64,000 bases of DNA from an uncultured Azospirillum sp. (lineage in GTDB: Bacteria > Pseudomonadota > Alphaproteobacteria > RF32 > CAG-239). The notes below the pieces were generated by a model. The model made no database searches. It was not told the DNA's origin and worked only from the letters and a program-made list of their open reading frames with translations. Positions within the stretch are counted from its first letter, which is position 1; every line of letters begins with the position of its first letter. A program made the position numbers and the translations under genes. This document shows positions 8,010-18,027 of the stretch, in pieces. The stretch spans positions 8,484 to 72,483 of the forward strand of contig CABUBU010000003.1 of assembly GCA_902489795.1 (NCBI GenBank), read 5' to 3'.

Positions 8010-9134
8010 TTACATACCCATCGAACTGGTGATTTGGTCTTGCATTTCGAACGTGCCCATAACCGCCCAAGCGATAACGCCGGAAACCATCAGCAGGGCG
8101 ACCATGTTCAAAATGCTGGCCTTTTGTTCAATAACGTAGGCGGATTCGTCCAGCCAGTTGTTGGCCAGATTTTCCAACGCTTCTTCAAAGTTATCCATTT
8201 CCGAATAAATCTTCAGGTCGCCGATAATTTCCGCGTCCGGAAAATCCAGTTTCGTTTTGGACAGTGCCTGACCTAAGTTGTCACCGTTGTTGACGAACAC
8301 CAGAGCCTTGTCTATCCGCTCCTTTAAATATCGTGTCGAATCTTTACGCAAAGCGCGCATCGCGTTCGATACCGGTGTTCCGCCCTTGACCAGCGCCGAC
8401 ATGGCCAAAAGCCAGGTAATGCCGACAAAGGTCTTATACAGTGACCATGGCGGCAGGTGGTCGGCAATCGTCCGTGTTGGGCCGGTCCAAATGCCGATCG
8501 TCAGGTAAATCAAAAGCATAATGGCCGGCAAAATCGAAAAAGCGACGACCCAGTATTCCTGAATCCAGCTGGACAGCTCGACCAGGGTTTTGGCCGTGCC
8601 CTGCCATCGCGTGTTTGGCGCGGCTTCAATCATCGGCGGCACCATGAAGGCGCCGATACCGTAAATGATCAAAACAACCATCATCATCAGAAACGCCGGG
8701 TATGAAATGGCGCTGATAATCGGACGGATCATCTTGGTGGTGCCTTCGGTCACGCGGATCAGGTTGTAAAGCGCGCCTTCCAGGTCGGAAACGTCGCCCA
8801 CCGAAAGCATCAGCCGCTCACGATCCGGCGCCCATCCTTTGAGCGCGTCGGAAAACGACATACCGTTCTGCAGTCCGTAACCCCACTGGGCAATGGCAAT
8901 CGCCAGCGGTTCGCTCGGATTTTTGCCGTCGTTGGTGATGGTGGCATGCAGCATGTCGAGCGCGTTCATCAGTGAAAAACGGTTGCTCATCAATGACGCG
9001 ATTTTCCGATAGATTTTTAAACGTGTTTGCCCGGATGTCAGGCAGATGATCTTGGCATAATAAATTTCTATGGCGTTAACTTTTTTTAGTGCCTGACTGA
9101 GGTTTGAGGCCGAATCTCTTTTCTTTTCATCCAT
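8010..9134 (-). CDS. GspF/PilC-family inner-membrane platform protein
   Basis: At 374 aa it has the size and topology typical of the T2SS-F family, with three hydrophobic segments and two cytoplasmic helical domains. It sits immediately downstream of the GspE-family ATPase. Confidence 0.85.
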   Translation of the reverse strand: MDEKKRDSASNLSQALKKVNAIEIYYAKIICLTSGQTRLKIYRKIASLMSNRFSLMNALDMLHATITNDGKNPSEPLAIAIAQWGYGLQNGMSFSDALKGWAPDRERLMLSVGDVSDLEGALYNLIRVTEGTTKMIRPIISAISYPAFLMMMVVLIIYGIGAFMVPPMIEAAPNTRWQGTAKTLVELSSWIQEYWVVAFSILPAIMLLIYLTIGIWTGPTRTIADHLPPWSLYKTFVGITWLLAMSALVKGGTPVSNAMRALRKDSTRYLKERIDKALVFVNNGDNLGQALSKTKLDFPDAEIIGDLKIYSEMDNFEEALENLANNWLDESAYVIEQKASILNMVALLMVSGVIAWAVMGTFEMQDQITSSMGM

Positions 9135-9177
9135 CTCTTATTATCTCCCTGTCTTCCGATAACTCCGGGTCTTGAGG

Positions 9178-10842
9178 TTAATATACCGGGCGCTGGTCCA
9201 AAAGGCCGCACCAGCGTTCCACTTCGTCAAGGTCAATCAGTCCCTTCAGCATCCGTTCCAAAGCGGCGTCTTTCAGTGTCCTTCCGTTTAAATCGCCGGT
9301 CCAGTAGTCGATGGCCTTGCGGGTTTCTCCCGCGATCATCAATTCCAGAAACGTGCCGTCCGGCAGAATCATTTCCTGTACGCCCAAACGTCCTTTGATG
9401 CCTCGGCCTTCGCAGAATTTGCAGCCGGGGCCTTTCAAATAGGTGTTTTCTACGCCGAAATCGCCAAGTGCCGTTCGCAGACGTTTGACTGCCGGATTGT
9501 CCAGCCTTTCTTTGACCGGTACCCGGCAATAGGGACACAGTTTGCGGAACAGACGTTGGGAAATCAGCCCTTTCAGCAGTTCCGGGTCGCTCAGCATATA
9601 AGACTGCACGCCCATGTCGCGCAGACGGGTTACAATGGCTGGCGCCGAGTTGGCGTGCAGGGTGGCCCATACCAAGTGGCCGGAAAGCGCACCTTTGAAC
9701 GTCAGGCTGGCGGTGGCCAGCGAACGGATTTCGCCCACCATCAGCACGTCTGGGTCGGAACGCAGTGCCGCCGACAGCGCCAGCGTAAACTGAACCGTCT
9801 TTTCTTCTTCCGTGTTGGCGTTGGTTACCGGCATTTGCCGGGCGCCCGGGATCGGATATTCCGGCGGGTCTTCTACCGTCAGCAGATTGATTTCGCCGTT
9901 TTTCTCTTTGATCAGTTTAATCATGTTGCGTTGCAGCAACGTCGATTTTCCCGAACCGGTCGGGCCGGCCACGATGTTCAGTCCCACCGGCGCCGCGCGC
10001 AGGCGGAAAAACAGATCCTGTTCGTATTCGCCGCAACCCAGAGCCGCCAGGTCGTCGTTGCCGTCCGGATTGTCGTCGGCGTAAAGAATACGCATAACCA
10101 GATATTGCGAACCAAACGCAATCGGATTAAATTGCAGACGAATGGCCAAAACGTTGTGCGGCAGCATCAGCTTGCCTTTGGAACCGCGCAGCGGGGTAGA
10201 ACCCAACTTTTGCGCGCCCTGAAATTCGTTCTGAGCATAGTTGGCATCGGAAATGTCGGCGGAAGCAAAAGCGGCGCGCACAAATTGGTCGCCCCATTCC
10301 TTGCTGTATTCCATTTCTTTGATCATAACGCCGTTGGCACGGAAAAATATTTCCGTACAGTTGTCAGAAACGACGACATGCACGTCGGAAACTTTCATCG
10401 ACGAAGCGCGTTTGATGATATTGACGAAGTCCCTCTGCATTTGCAGTCGAGCCAGGTCTTCGTCGTCTTCGGAAAAGACTTGGTTACGTTCGGCCATCGC
10501 ATAGATGGTCGCCAGCTCGTTTTGCGAAATGTAAACCGGGGATTTCATTTTGATCCCCTTCTTTTCCGCAATACTCAGAAAACTTAAGACCGGGCCGTCA
10601 AAACGGTGGTCTTTGGAAATAAGCAGTGTACCGTCGGCAAAAAGAGCCAGCCGCCGTCTGGTTTCGTCGTTGATATTAAGCGCAGAGCCGTCGGGCAGCT
10701 TGGCTTTGGGCATCGTACAAAGATAATTGTCATTGGCGAAAAGGCCTTCGATGAAGTCTTTTGCACTCTGCTTCTTCGGCTGCTCGTTCTGAGCAGCCGA
10801 AGAAGTGTTGTTCTCTTTGTTGTTTGCGCTTTCTTCTACCAT
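9178..10842 (-). CDS. GspE/PilB-family secretion/pilus assembly ATPase
   Basis: Walker A is GPTGSGKST. The Asp box and Walker B region read LRSDPDVLMVGEIR, and the His box reads GHLVWATLHANSA. A C-terminal tetracysteine motif (CPYC...CKFCEGRG) is present. Confidence 0.95.
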   Translation of the reverse strand: MVEESANNKENNTSSAAQNEQPKKQSAKDFIEGLFANDNYLCTMPKAKLPDGSALNINDETRRRLALFADGTLLISKDHRFDGPVLSFLSIAEKKGIKMKSPVYISQNELATIYAMAERNQVFSEDDEDLARLQMQRDFVNIIKRASSMKVSDVHVVVSDNCTEIFFRANGVMIKEMEYSKEWGDQFVRAAFASADISDANYAQNEFQGAQKLGSTPLRGSKGKLMLPHNVLAIRLQFNPIAFGSQYLVMRILYADDNPDGNDDLAALGCGEYEQDLFFRLRAAPVGLNIVAGPTGSGKSTLLQRNMIKLIKEKNGEINLLTVEDPPEYPIPGARQMPVTNANTEEEKTVQFTLALSAALRSDPDVLMVGEIRSLATASLTFKGALSGHLVWATLHANSAPAIVTRLRDMGVQSYMLSDPELLKGLISQRLFRKLCPYCRVPVKERLDNPAVKRLRTALGDFGVENTYLKGPGCKFCEGRGIKGRLGVQEMILPDGTFLELMIAGETRKAIDYWTGDLNGRTLKDAALERMLKGLIDLDEVERWCGLLDQRPVY

Positions 10843-10851
10843 TTACTTCGC

Positions 10852-12372
10852 TTATCTGATAAACATACCTTGGCCTAAGCTCGGAATTCCCTGTGTGGCG
10901 TTAATCTGGCGTCCGCGGGACGAATTGCCGCCGTTATTGCCGCTGCTGTTCGGGTTGTTCGGATCATAAGACTGCTTAAGGGTAATGTCGGACGGAACCG
11001 GTTCTCGATCAAGAATGCCGCCGGCTGAAAAATACAACACGTCTTTGGCGTTGTCTTTGACCGCACTAAGATAAGTCTGGGTAATTTCGTCGATGGTAAA
11101 GCCGTTTCTCAAAGTGGTGCCGACTTTGGCCATGAAGACATCGCCTTCCGTGTTGATCAGTTTAGCCGCCAGTTCTTCGCCCTGACCGGTGATTTCCATA
11201 ATTGCATATTCGCTGCTGAGTTTGACTTTTTCCGGCGACAGAGGCGTCGTCAGGTCAATGCCGCTTGCGGTGGCAAACGGGTTTTTGCGTCCGCTCTTGC
11301 TTTCTGCTTTGGCCGCGGCAATTTTTTTCTTGGAAGATTCGATTTCCGCTTCCAGCCGGGTTTTCAAGATCGAAATCTGGCTTTCGAGGTTGGCCACCTT
11401 CTTGTCGTGGGCGATCCGTGCCGCTTCCGCTTTGCTCTTAAGATCGTCGGCCTTTTGCTTCAGGATGTTCATCTTTTTCGTGTTGTCATCCAGAATTTGT
11501 CTGATTTCGGCGTCTTTCTTTGCCATTTGGGCATAAACTTCCGCATTCGTCTTGATCCATTTCTGGATTGAACCCAGCATCGTCGCCTTGTAGGCTTTGA
11601 CAATTTTTTCCTGCCGCAAGGCTTCCAACGCGGCGGCGGCTTCTTTCAGTTTTGTTTGTTCGGCCACCATCAGGCGTTCCTGCTCGTTTTCCCATTCAAT
11701 CCGTTTTCTTTCCTCTTCTTCTTTGCGGGCTTCTTCCTCCTGCTGGGCTTTCAGTCTTTGCGCCTTGACTGCGGCAATTTCGTTCTGAACCCTTTCCTTT
11801 TTCAGTTCCAGATTAAGCAGGGTGGTCTGTTTTTCCAAATCGGACATTTTGGTAAACAGGTCGTTGCTGATCGACGGTGAAATGTTTTCGTCAAAGCCGC
11901 CGGTAGCTTCCGCTCCGAGGAGCTTTCCGGTTACCATCGGAACCGTTGCCGGCGGCGTGTCTGAAACGGTTTTTACTGCCGGCGCATCGCCTTCAATCAT
12001 CATGTTGAGGCCGTCATTGCCCGCCGGCGCGTTTCGGGCAGGCGCCGTTTCGTTTTTAACGGCAATGGAAATTTGTTCGGAGGAATTGTCGTCCGTGCTT
12101 CCTTCCATCGGAATGACGTCAGTGGCAACGCTGTCGGTCGGTTGGGACGGAGAAAGGAGACCGTCTCCACCGGGCAACGATACGTCGCCCATCTGTTCGT
12201 CGAACAGGGAAATCTCTTCCGGTGCGGATGCCCCTTCGTCTGCCGTCGACAAAGAAATGGTATCGTCGTCTTCCAGTAAAGTGACGGTTTGCGCGGCAGC
12301 CTGATCGGCCAGCAGTCCTGCGGCAATTACAACAGCCAGACCGCATAACGTATTTCTAAAACTATAATGCAT
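10852..12372 (-). CDS. Secreted coiled-coil pilus assembly protein (possible PilP-like C-terminal domain)
   Basis: An AAGGAG RBS lies 6 nt upstream of the ATG at 12372. The protein has a signal peptide (LCGLAVVIAAGLLADQAAAQ), a long Lys/Glu-rich coiled coil, and a C-terminal beta-type domain (YAIMEITGQGEELAAKLINTEGDVFMAKVGTTLRNGFTIDEI). Function is inferred from context. Confidence 0.6.
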   Translation of the reverse strand: MHYSFRNTLCGLAVVIAAGLLADQAAAQTVTLLEDDDTISLSTADEGASAPEEISLFDEQMGDVSLPGGDGLLSPSQPTDSVATDVIPMEGSTDDNSSEQISIAVKNETAPARNAPAGNDGLNMMIEGDAPAVKTVSDTPPATVPMVTGKLLGAEATGGFDENISPSISNDLFTKMSDLEKQTTLLNLELKKERVQNEIAAVKAQRLKAQQEEEARKEEEERKRIEWENEQERLMVAEQTKLKEAAAALEALRQEKIVKAYKATMLGSIQKWIKTNAEVYAQMAKKDAEIRQILDDNTKKMNILKQKADDLKSKAEAARIAHDKKVANLESQISILKTRLEAEIESSKKKIAAAKAESKSGRKNPFATASGIDLTTPLSPEKVKLSSEYAIMEITGQGEELAAKLINTEGDVFMAKVGTTLRNGFTIDEITQTYLSAVKDNAKDVLYFSAGGILDREPVPSDITLKQSYDPNNPNSSGNNGGNSSRGRQINATQGIPSLGQGMFIR

Positions 12373-13633
12373 AGATAGCTCCTTCATATTCCCAAACACC
12401 GGTATCGGGGTTGTATTTTATCATATTAATCTTAAGTCCTGAAAATTTTGTTAACAAAGTGCTCCAGACTTTTGGATTATAGTTTGAACTGAATTGAAAC
12501 TTGACGGAACGGTAGACGTTCTGCTGAGGAGATGTGTAAACCTCGTCCGACAGCGAAACTTCCTGATCGATCGACTGGAAAAATTCGTTCAGATTGATTT
12601 TCAGATCAAGCATCGATTTCGTAGGTTCCGAAAGTTCCGTTTTTATCTCGTCCAGACTCAAAGCCGCCATAACGCTGGTTCCCGTATCGGAAATGGAACG
12701 GGCGGAAAACTGAAGACCGGAAGCGTTAAGCGCTTTGTCGGCAATTGATATACGGCCGAACATTCTGGACCAGCTGGTGCTGGCGCCACCGCTTGTACAG
12801 GTTATTTCGCCGATCTTCCAGCCGGGAGGCATGATCTGCAGCAGATCCATGATCTTGTTGTTGCAGCTGTTGAGGATGGCTATCGGATCGGGCAGGTTTT
12901 CCCACGGTTTCGGCTCCGGCGGAATTTCTTCCGTCTGAACTACCTTGGGCTGCACCGGAACAATCACCGGAACCGTCGGCGTGGTATCGAAAAGGCTCAT
13001 GAAGAGCTGGTACGCAACATAAAGAACAACAAAGGCACCGGTGCCGGCAATGACGTAAAACATCTTGCCTTTGGTGTTGATCTTTTGCAGCTTTACTTTG
13101 CTGCCCCGCGCCAGCAGGTCTTCAAGCTCGGGGTACAGAGTGTCTTCGATGTTCCATTCCGGCGGTGCAATCTTCAGTTTCCAGTCCGGCACCATCAGCA
13201 TGCTCATAAACTGCTTTTTGGCGTCTTCTTCGGAAAGGTAAAGCATATCGCCGTTCGCCAGGATAACGTCGTCGCGTACGCAGACGTACCACCAGCCGTT
13301 CGGAACTTTGAAAACGGCGACGAAAGAGGGTTGATCGCTCAACGCCGTTGCCAGGCCGATTGCCGCCGCGTTCATGCCCGGTTTGTAACCGTCGGCGGAA
13401 ACGCAGATGCCGAACTGCGGCGTTTTTCCTTTTTTGATGCAGTAAAGATCGGCGCCTTCCAAAACCCCTTGCGAAGATTCTACGATTTCGGCCAGAGGTG
13501 CGTCCTGGTTCTGCAAAGACTGCCAGAACAAACTGGTTGCAAACTCAACCCCGCCGGAAACAAAATGCGTTCCCCAGCTCCGCTCCTGGTCGGTTTTGTA
13601 ATCGTCATCTGACATTTTGGCATCATCTAACAC
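12362..13633 (-). CDS. Bitopic inner-membrane pilus assembly protein (PilO-of-type-IVb-like by position)
   Basis: 423 aa with a single central TM helix (MFYVIAGTGAFVVLYVAYQLFMSLF). It lies between the secretin and the coiled-coil protein. The family is not recognised at sequence level. Confidence 0.55.
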   Translation of the reverse strand: MLDDAKMSDDDYKTDQERSWGTHFVSGGVEFATSLFWQSLQNQDAPLAEIVESSQGVLEGADLYCIKKGKTPQFGICVSADGYKPGMNAAAIGLATALSDQPSFVAVFKVPNGWWYVCVRDDVILANGDMLYLSEEDAKKQFMSMLMVPDWKLKIAPPEWNIEDTLYPELEDLLARGSKVKLQKINTKGKMFYVIAGTGAFVVLYVAYQLFMSLFDTTPTVPVIVPVQPKVVQTEEIPPEPKPWENLPDPIAILNSCNNKIMDLLQIMPPGWKIGEITCTSGGASTSWSRMFGRISIADKALNASGLQFSARSISDTGTSVMAALSLDEIKTELSEPTKSMLDLKINLNEFFQSIDQEVSLSDEVYTSPQQNVYRSVKFQFSSNYNPKVWSTLLTKFSGLKINMIKYNPDTGVWEYEGAIYAL

Positions 13634-13663
13634 GTTGGTTTCCTTAATCTAAGAATTTTCAGT

Positions 13664-15289
13664 CTAGTCGTGTACTCTGGTTTCCGGGTTGAGCGGGCTT
13701 TCGAGAACGACCGGGGTTAAAATAATGACCAGAATGCTTCTGACTTTTTCTGCCGTGGCGGAACCGCCCAGCAAAGAGTTGGTAGCCGAACCAACGCCGC
13801 GTTTTTCGGCGCTGTTTTCAACGCGTTCGTAACCGGTCAGAACCAGGGATTCTCCCGACTTCATAGCAACTTCCTGCGTAAAGCCGCGTGATTCGATGAT
13901 CGGGTTTTGAATATATTCACCGCCCTCGCTCTGCTCTTCACCGGTGTTGGAACCGCTGATCAGGTCGACTTTTTCCAAAGCCAGCAGGTCGGACAGGGTA
14001 AGGTCAAACTTCAAAAGCAGTCGTCCGTGTTCCAGAATCCGCGGCAAAACGTTCATAGTAAAACCGGTTTCGATTTCTTCTGTTTCCGTCGACAGGTCAT
14101 AGTAGTTGGAGTCTCCGCCGCTGTTGGTTTTGGTGATTTCGGAAATGTAGTTTTGCTTCTTGACAACCTGAATCGGAGCCGACTTGTTGTTCAAAGTGGT
14201 AACCGTGCCGCTCGTGATCAGGTTGGTCGTAGCCTGAGTCGATAATGCCTGAATGCTGGCATTGATGTTCCAGTTGCCGGGCATCAGGGTCATCGTCAGG
14301 TTTTGGGTAATGTCTGATGACAGGCCGCTGGCAGCGCTGGCAACGCCAAAGCTGGTTTTTCCGTCTTTGAAAGCAGAACTGAGGTTGAGGCCAAAGGTGT
14401 CAGAATCGTTAACCGTAACCTGTAAAACTTTAACACTGATGGCAACCTGACGGGATAAACGAACGTTCTGCTCGTTGATATAGTGAGCCACACGTCTGAT
14501 TTCGTTCGGCGTTGCCGTCAGCGAAATGGTGCCGTTGGTCGGATCAAGCGACAGCTGAGCATCTTTTCCGATCATTGAGGTGATCGATTTTTCAATGTTG
14601 CTCCACAGTTCAAGTTCGGCCGTATTGGTCAGCGTCAGAGATGACGAACCGCCGCTTCCCGAGTCGGTGGACGAGCCGCCGATGTTGCTGCTCAGGCTCT
14701 GTTTGGTCGGCAAACTGTACAAAACGAAGGTTTTGGTCATAAATTTGTAAAAGTAAATTTCGTTTTTGTCGTATCTCCACCAAATGCCGAAACGTGAGCC
14801 GATTTCATCCAGCAGGCCGCTTAAGGGACCGCGATAGGAAACCAGCATTTTGGTTGGGTCAGCCCAGTGTGCGTTCATCTGTTCGGGCGAAGGCGCGTTT
14901 TCTTCCGCATTCTTCAGCAAGTCTTCTTCCAGGTGCGGCGCGTAGCGAACCTGAATGGAAGTGATTTTGTTGATCATGTCGCCGACTTCATACAAGGTTA
15001 TCGGACGGTTGCTGATCAGGGTAATGCCTTCTTTGGTTTCGAGATATGCCGGAATTGGAGCGCCTTCGTATTCGACAACGCTCTTGTCGCCGAGCCAGAT
15101 TTCGTTTTTAACCCGGACAACGTCGTCCGGTGCCGATTTGCTCGGTTCTTTTGCCTTTTCCTTAAGTTCGGTCGTTGCTTCCACTTCCCGTTCCAGCGTG
15201 GCATCCATGCTGGTGGCAACGGAGCAGGCGCCGATCAAAGCGACCAGACCCAGACTCAGGCTGTATTTAATCCAATTATTCATACGCAT
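13664..15289 (-). CDS. Lipoprotein secretin (type IVb PilN/TcpC-like)
   Basis: It has a lipobox LIGAC and an N0-like domain (LSGLLDEIGSRFGIWWRYDKNEIYF). The secretin domain reads ISVKVLQVTVNDSDTFGLNLS..., IQALSTQATTNLITSGTVTTLNNKSAPIQV, ETGFTMNVLPRI and GESLVLTGY...SILVIILTPVVLE. Alternative starts are at 15295 and 15283. A GGAGG RBS is best spaced for 15289. Confidence 0.9.
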   Translation of the reverse strand: MRMNNWIKYSLSLGLVALIGACSVATSMDATLEREVEATTELKEKAKEPSKSAPDDVVRVKNEIWLGDKSVVEYEGAPIPAYLETKEGITLISNRPITLYEVGDMINKITSIQVRYAPHLEEDLLKNAEENAPSPEQMNAHWADPTKMLVSYRGPLSGLLDEIGSRFGIWWRYDKNEIYFYKFMTKTFVLYSLPTKQSLSSNIGGSSTDSGSGGSSSLTLTNTAELELWSNIEKSITSMIGKDAQLSLDPTNGTISLTATPNEIRRVAHYINEQNVRLSRQVAISVKVLQVTVNDSDTFGLNLSSAFKDGKTSFGVASAASGLSSDITQNLTMTLMPGNWNINASIQALSTQATTNLITSGTVTTLNNKSAPIQVVKKQNYISEITKTNSGGDSNYYDLSTETEEIETGFTMNVLPRILEHGRLLLKFDLTLSDLLALEKVDLISGSNTGEEQSEGGEYIQNPIIESRGFTQEVAMKSGESLVLTGYERVENSAEKRGVGSATNSLLGGSATAEKVRSILVIILTPVVLESPLNPETRVHD

Positions 15290-15965
15290 TCTCATCCTCC
15301 ATAGTCTCGACTACCAAGACGCGGTTTCCTTTATAAAATGTTGCGATCGGTGCCGGCCGTGCTCTGGCAAAGGCTCTGACCAAAGCCGAACTGACGTCGG
15401 CAAAACGCCCCCGGAACATAGCTCCGGCGGTTAGGGTATAGTTGCGGTTAGTGTTCCAGATCAGCCGCCAGCCGGCGCGGTCACACCATTCCGTCAACAA
15501 CAGCTTCAGGCTTTTTCCTTCTTCAGCCAGCCAGTCTTCAACCGGATCGTCGGCATTGTTTCCATCTCCTGCGCCGGCTGCACCGTCGTCGCTGACGTTC
15601 TGCTGGGTTTCGTCAACGGTGACTTCTTCTTCGTAATCAACGACTTCTCCGTCAATTGAAGGCGGAATGGTGGCGGACATGTTGCTGCCGGCACCGGCCT
15701 GAACGACTAGGTGGTCGCGCGGCGTTCTTTCGCCGTATTCGCGATAATCGGCGGCAACTTTCGTATAATTTACAAATTCGTCTTCGGCGGCGCAGCCGGT
15801 AATGCCCGGAGTGGGATATTGTCCGGCCGGACAGGTTTGTTTGACCGTCGTGCCCGGAGCAGCCGGCGCTTCCGAATAGTTGTATTCATAATCGTTGTTG
15901 GTTGCACAACCCGATAACAGCAGAACTCCTAAAAAACCGGCTGATAAAAGAAATTTGTAGTTCAT
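15276..15965 (-). CDS. TcpQ/PilL-like outer-membrane lipoprotein of type IVb pili
   Basis: It has a signal peptide plus lipobox (MNYKFLLSAGFLGVLLLSGC). The C-terminal segment LTEWCDRAGWRLIWNTNRNYTLTAGAMFRGRFADVSSALVRAF...ATFYKGNRVLVV matches the TcpQ-type domain pattern. The ORF could also start at 16016. Confidence 0.65.
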   Translation of the reverse strand: MNYKFLLSAGFLGVLLLSGCATNNDYEYNYSEAPAAPGTTVKQTCPAGQYPTPGITGCAAEDEFVNYTKVAADYREYGERTPRDHLVVQAGAGSNMSATIPPSIDGEVVDYEEEVTVDETQQNVSDDGAAGAGDGNNADDPVEDWLAEEGKSLKLLLTEWCDRAGWRLIWNTNRNYTLTAGAMFRGRFADVSSALVRAFARARPAPIATFYKGNRVLVVETMEDENAYE

Positions 15966-16044
15966 TTTTGTGTTTCCTAAGCTGTTTTTATTCATATTTT
16001 TTAACCTATCATACATATTGGAAAAAAATAATCAAGCAGATATT

Positions 16045-17646
16045 CTACCACGACTGGTAATACAAATTCCGCCCTTTATTGCTTTCCTGTACAGTGTTGT
16101 TAACGTTTTCATTTATCCGTAAGGTTCTGATAATGAACGAATTTGGCTCACGGGATGTGAAGACGGTATTTATTTTTTCGTACTCTACACCCTTATTAGT
16201 TAAAATATTGTGTAACAAATTTAATCTTTTTTGCTGCAGTTCAAAAGAGCTGGTCCGGTCAATTCTGATTTCGAGAATGACGCTCGGATCCTCGATGACT
16301 TTGTTGGCGAAAGCCTGTATCCAGCGAAGCGTGGTACCTGAAATTTCGGCTCTGCCCGGCTGGAAGGAAAGTCTCATTTCTGCCGGCAGGATTTTGGCGG
16401 GGGATTTGTCGCGGCTGAATGCGGAGAACAACCCTCTGCGCTTTTTCGGTTTTTCTTCCGTTTGCAGGTTTTCATTGTCGTCCGCGGTCGTTTCGGCGTT
16501 TTCGTCCGAGCTACCGAACATTGAGGCCAGACTCTTCAGCAGCCCGCCGCTTTTGTCGTCGTTTTCGACCGTGTCGCTTTCCGCGGCGGTTTCCTCGTTT
16601 TCTTGTTTTTTGTTCTTCTTCGGCGAAACCAGCTGCGGCGTCAGGTTTTTGTCGTTCATGATGTCTTCCGGAATCGGGATCAGAATGTTTTTGACCATTT
16701 CCGCCACCTGAACTTCTTTGCCGTCTTCAGCGATTTTTTCCGGTGCGTTGAGGGCGGCGTTGATTTCCGATTCGCTCATGCCTTTGTAAAACTCTTCGTC
16801 AAGAACGTGGTTGTTTTTGGGGTTGCGGGTGCCTTTGGCGACCACCCACGGGTTGTCCGCGTTGCCGGCCGTGTCTTTTTCGCTCATTTCATGCCATTCG
16901 CGTGGTGCCGCTTTCGGGGCTTCCGCGGTTTGTTCGACGGCGATCTTGTCAATGTTCAGTTTGCCGCCGTCGGCCATGGCGATCTGATTGTCGGGCGCTT
17001 TGCTTGCAATTTCCACCTTTTCGGCGGCGCCGTTGCCGAATTCAAGCGGGATCGCCTCGTTGTCGGCCTGTTGTGGAAGCGTTGCGGCAAGCAGCTGCGG
17101 CCGAATCGTTTCCGCGGGCTTTTCGGTGTTCTGCCTCTCCGCGGCCGGTTCCGTTTGGTTTGTTCCTGCTTCTTCTGCAAAAACGTTGTCTGCGACCGTC
17201 GCCGGTTGCGGCGCTGCGTCGGCGACAACGGCTGGCCGTTTGGCGACCGGCTGCGAGTCGTTGCTTTCCGTCATGTTTTTTACCGGATCGAAAACGGAAG
17301 CGGCAGCTGAATGTTCAAGCGGAATGTCGGCGGCGTCTTCTATCGAATTGATGCGGATGCCTTCTTCTTCGTCGTCGAAAACAAACAGATTTTTATCAAT
17401 GAAAATTTCCCGTTCGGCCGGCTTCGGGGCCAGTGCAGCCAGAGAAAAGGCCTGAACCGGCGTTGAGGCAGAATAGTTGACCGTCGGCGCTTCGTGCTGA
17501 AAAAAGAGCGCTATGTTTTTGTCGGGAATTGATATTTCCGCATTTCTTCGTTTTTCGGGAACGGCAAACAATCCATTGACCGCCCATATCGTAAACAGAG
17601 AAACGACAAAACTGTTAACAAATATTTTTAAAGTCTTTTTTCTCAT
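16045..17646 (-). CDS. Membrane-anchored Pro/Ala/Glu-rich protein with a degenerate OmpA/MotB-like C-terminal domain
   Basis: An AGAGGGG RBS lies 8 nt upstream of the ATG at 17646. It has an N-terminal TM helix and a long low-complexity acidic middle region. The C-terminus (LRLSFQPGRAEISGTTLRWIQAFANKV...ILEIRIDRTSSFELQQKRLNLLHNILTNKGVEYEKI) resembles OmpA-C-like peptidoglycan-binding domains. It is the first gene of the pilus operon. Confidence 0.55.
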   Translation of the reverse strand: MRKKTLKIFVNSFVVSLFTIWAVNGLFAVPEKRRNAEISIPDKNIALFFQHEAPTVNYSASTPVQAFSLAALAPKPAEREIFIDKNLFVFDDEEEGIRINSIEDAADIPLEHSAAASVFDPVKNMTESNDSQPVAKRPAVVADAAPQPATVADNVFAEEAGTNQTEPAAERQNTEKPAETIRPQLLAATLPQQADNEAIPLEFGNGAAEKVEIASKAPDNQIAMADGGKLNIDKIAVEQTAEAPKAAPREWHEMSEKDTAGNADNPWVVAKGTRNPKNNHVLDEEFYKGMSESEINAALNAPEKIAEDGKEVQVAEMVKNILIPIPEDIMNDKNLTPQLVSPKKNKKQENEETAAESDTVENDDKSGGLLKSLASMFGSSDENAETTADDNENLQTEEKPKKRRGLFSAFSRDKSPAKILPAEMRLSFQPGRAEISGTTLRWIQAFANKVIEDPSVILEIRIDRTSSFELQQKRLNLLHNILTNKGVEYEKINTVFTSREPNSFIIRTLRINENVNNTVQESNKGRNLYYQSW

Positions 17647-17673
17647 TAACTTGACCCCTCTAATGGTTAACAA

Positions 17674-18027
17674 TAAATTAAAATAAGGGAATTGGCAAGT
17701 ATATTGTTTGTTGAAAATTAAATTTTAACGCTTTTTCCCGGCGTTTGTACGGACTGCGGAAAAGAACGGATTGCACGAGGACTAATATAAATAAGTGTGC
17801 ATGCCCGGATGTCGGATGTCTGCATTCCGGCGCGGAGTCTTTCGTTTTTATTGTCCAAAAATGGCCGCTTTTAACTATGAATTTTTTGTTACAGGGGAAA
17901 ATATTTACTAAAAACAATATGTTATCAAAAATGCGATGGGCGTGATAATGCTGGTAATTTTGGAAAAAATCAGGTATTCTAAAAATGTATAAGTAAAGCA
18001 CTTTTAATTAATTAAAGGAGAAAAACT
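17674..18027. promoter_or_regulatory. AT-rich divergent control region between the pilus operon (-) and the T4SS pilin genes (+)
   Basis: A 354-bp non-coding, AT-rich gap separates two divergently oriented first genes. It contains TTTTGTTACA at 17884-17893 (see findings). No unambiguous -35/-10 pair could be assigned. Confidence 0.4.
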
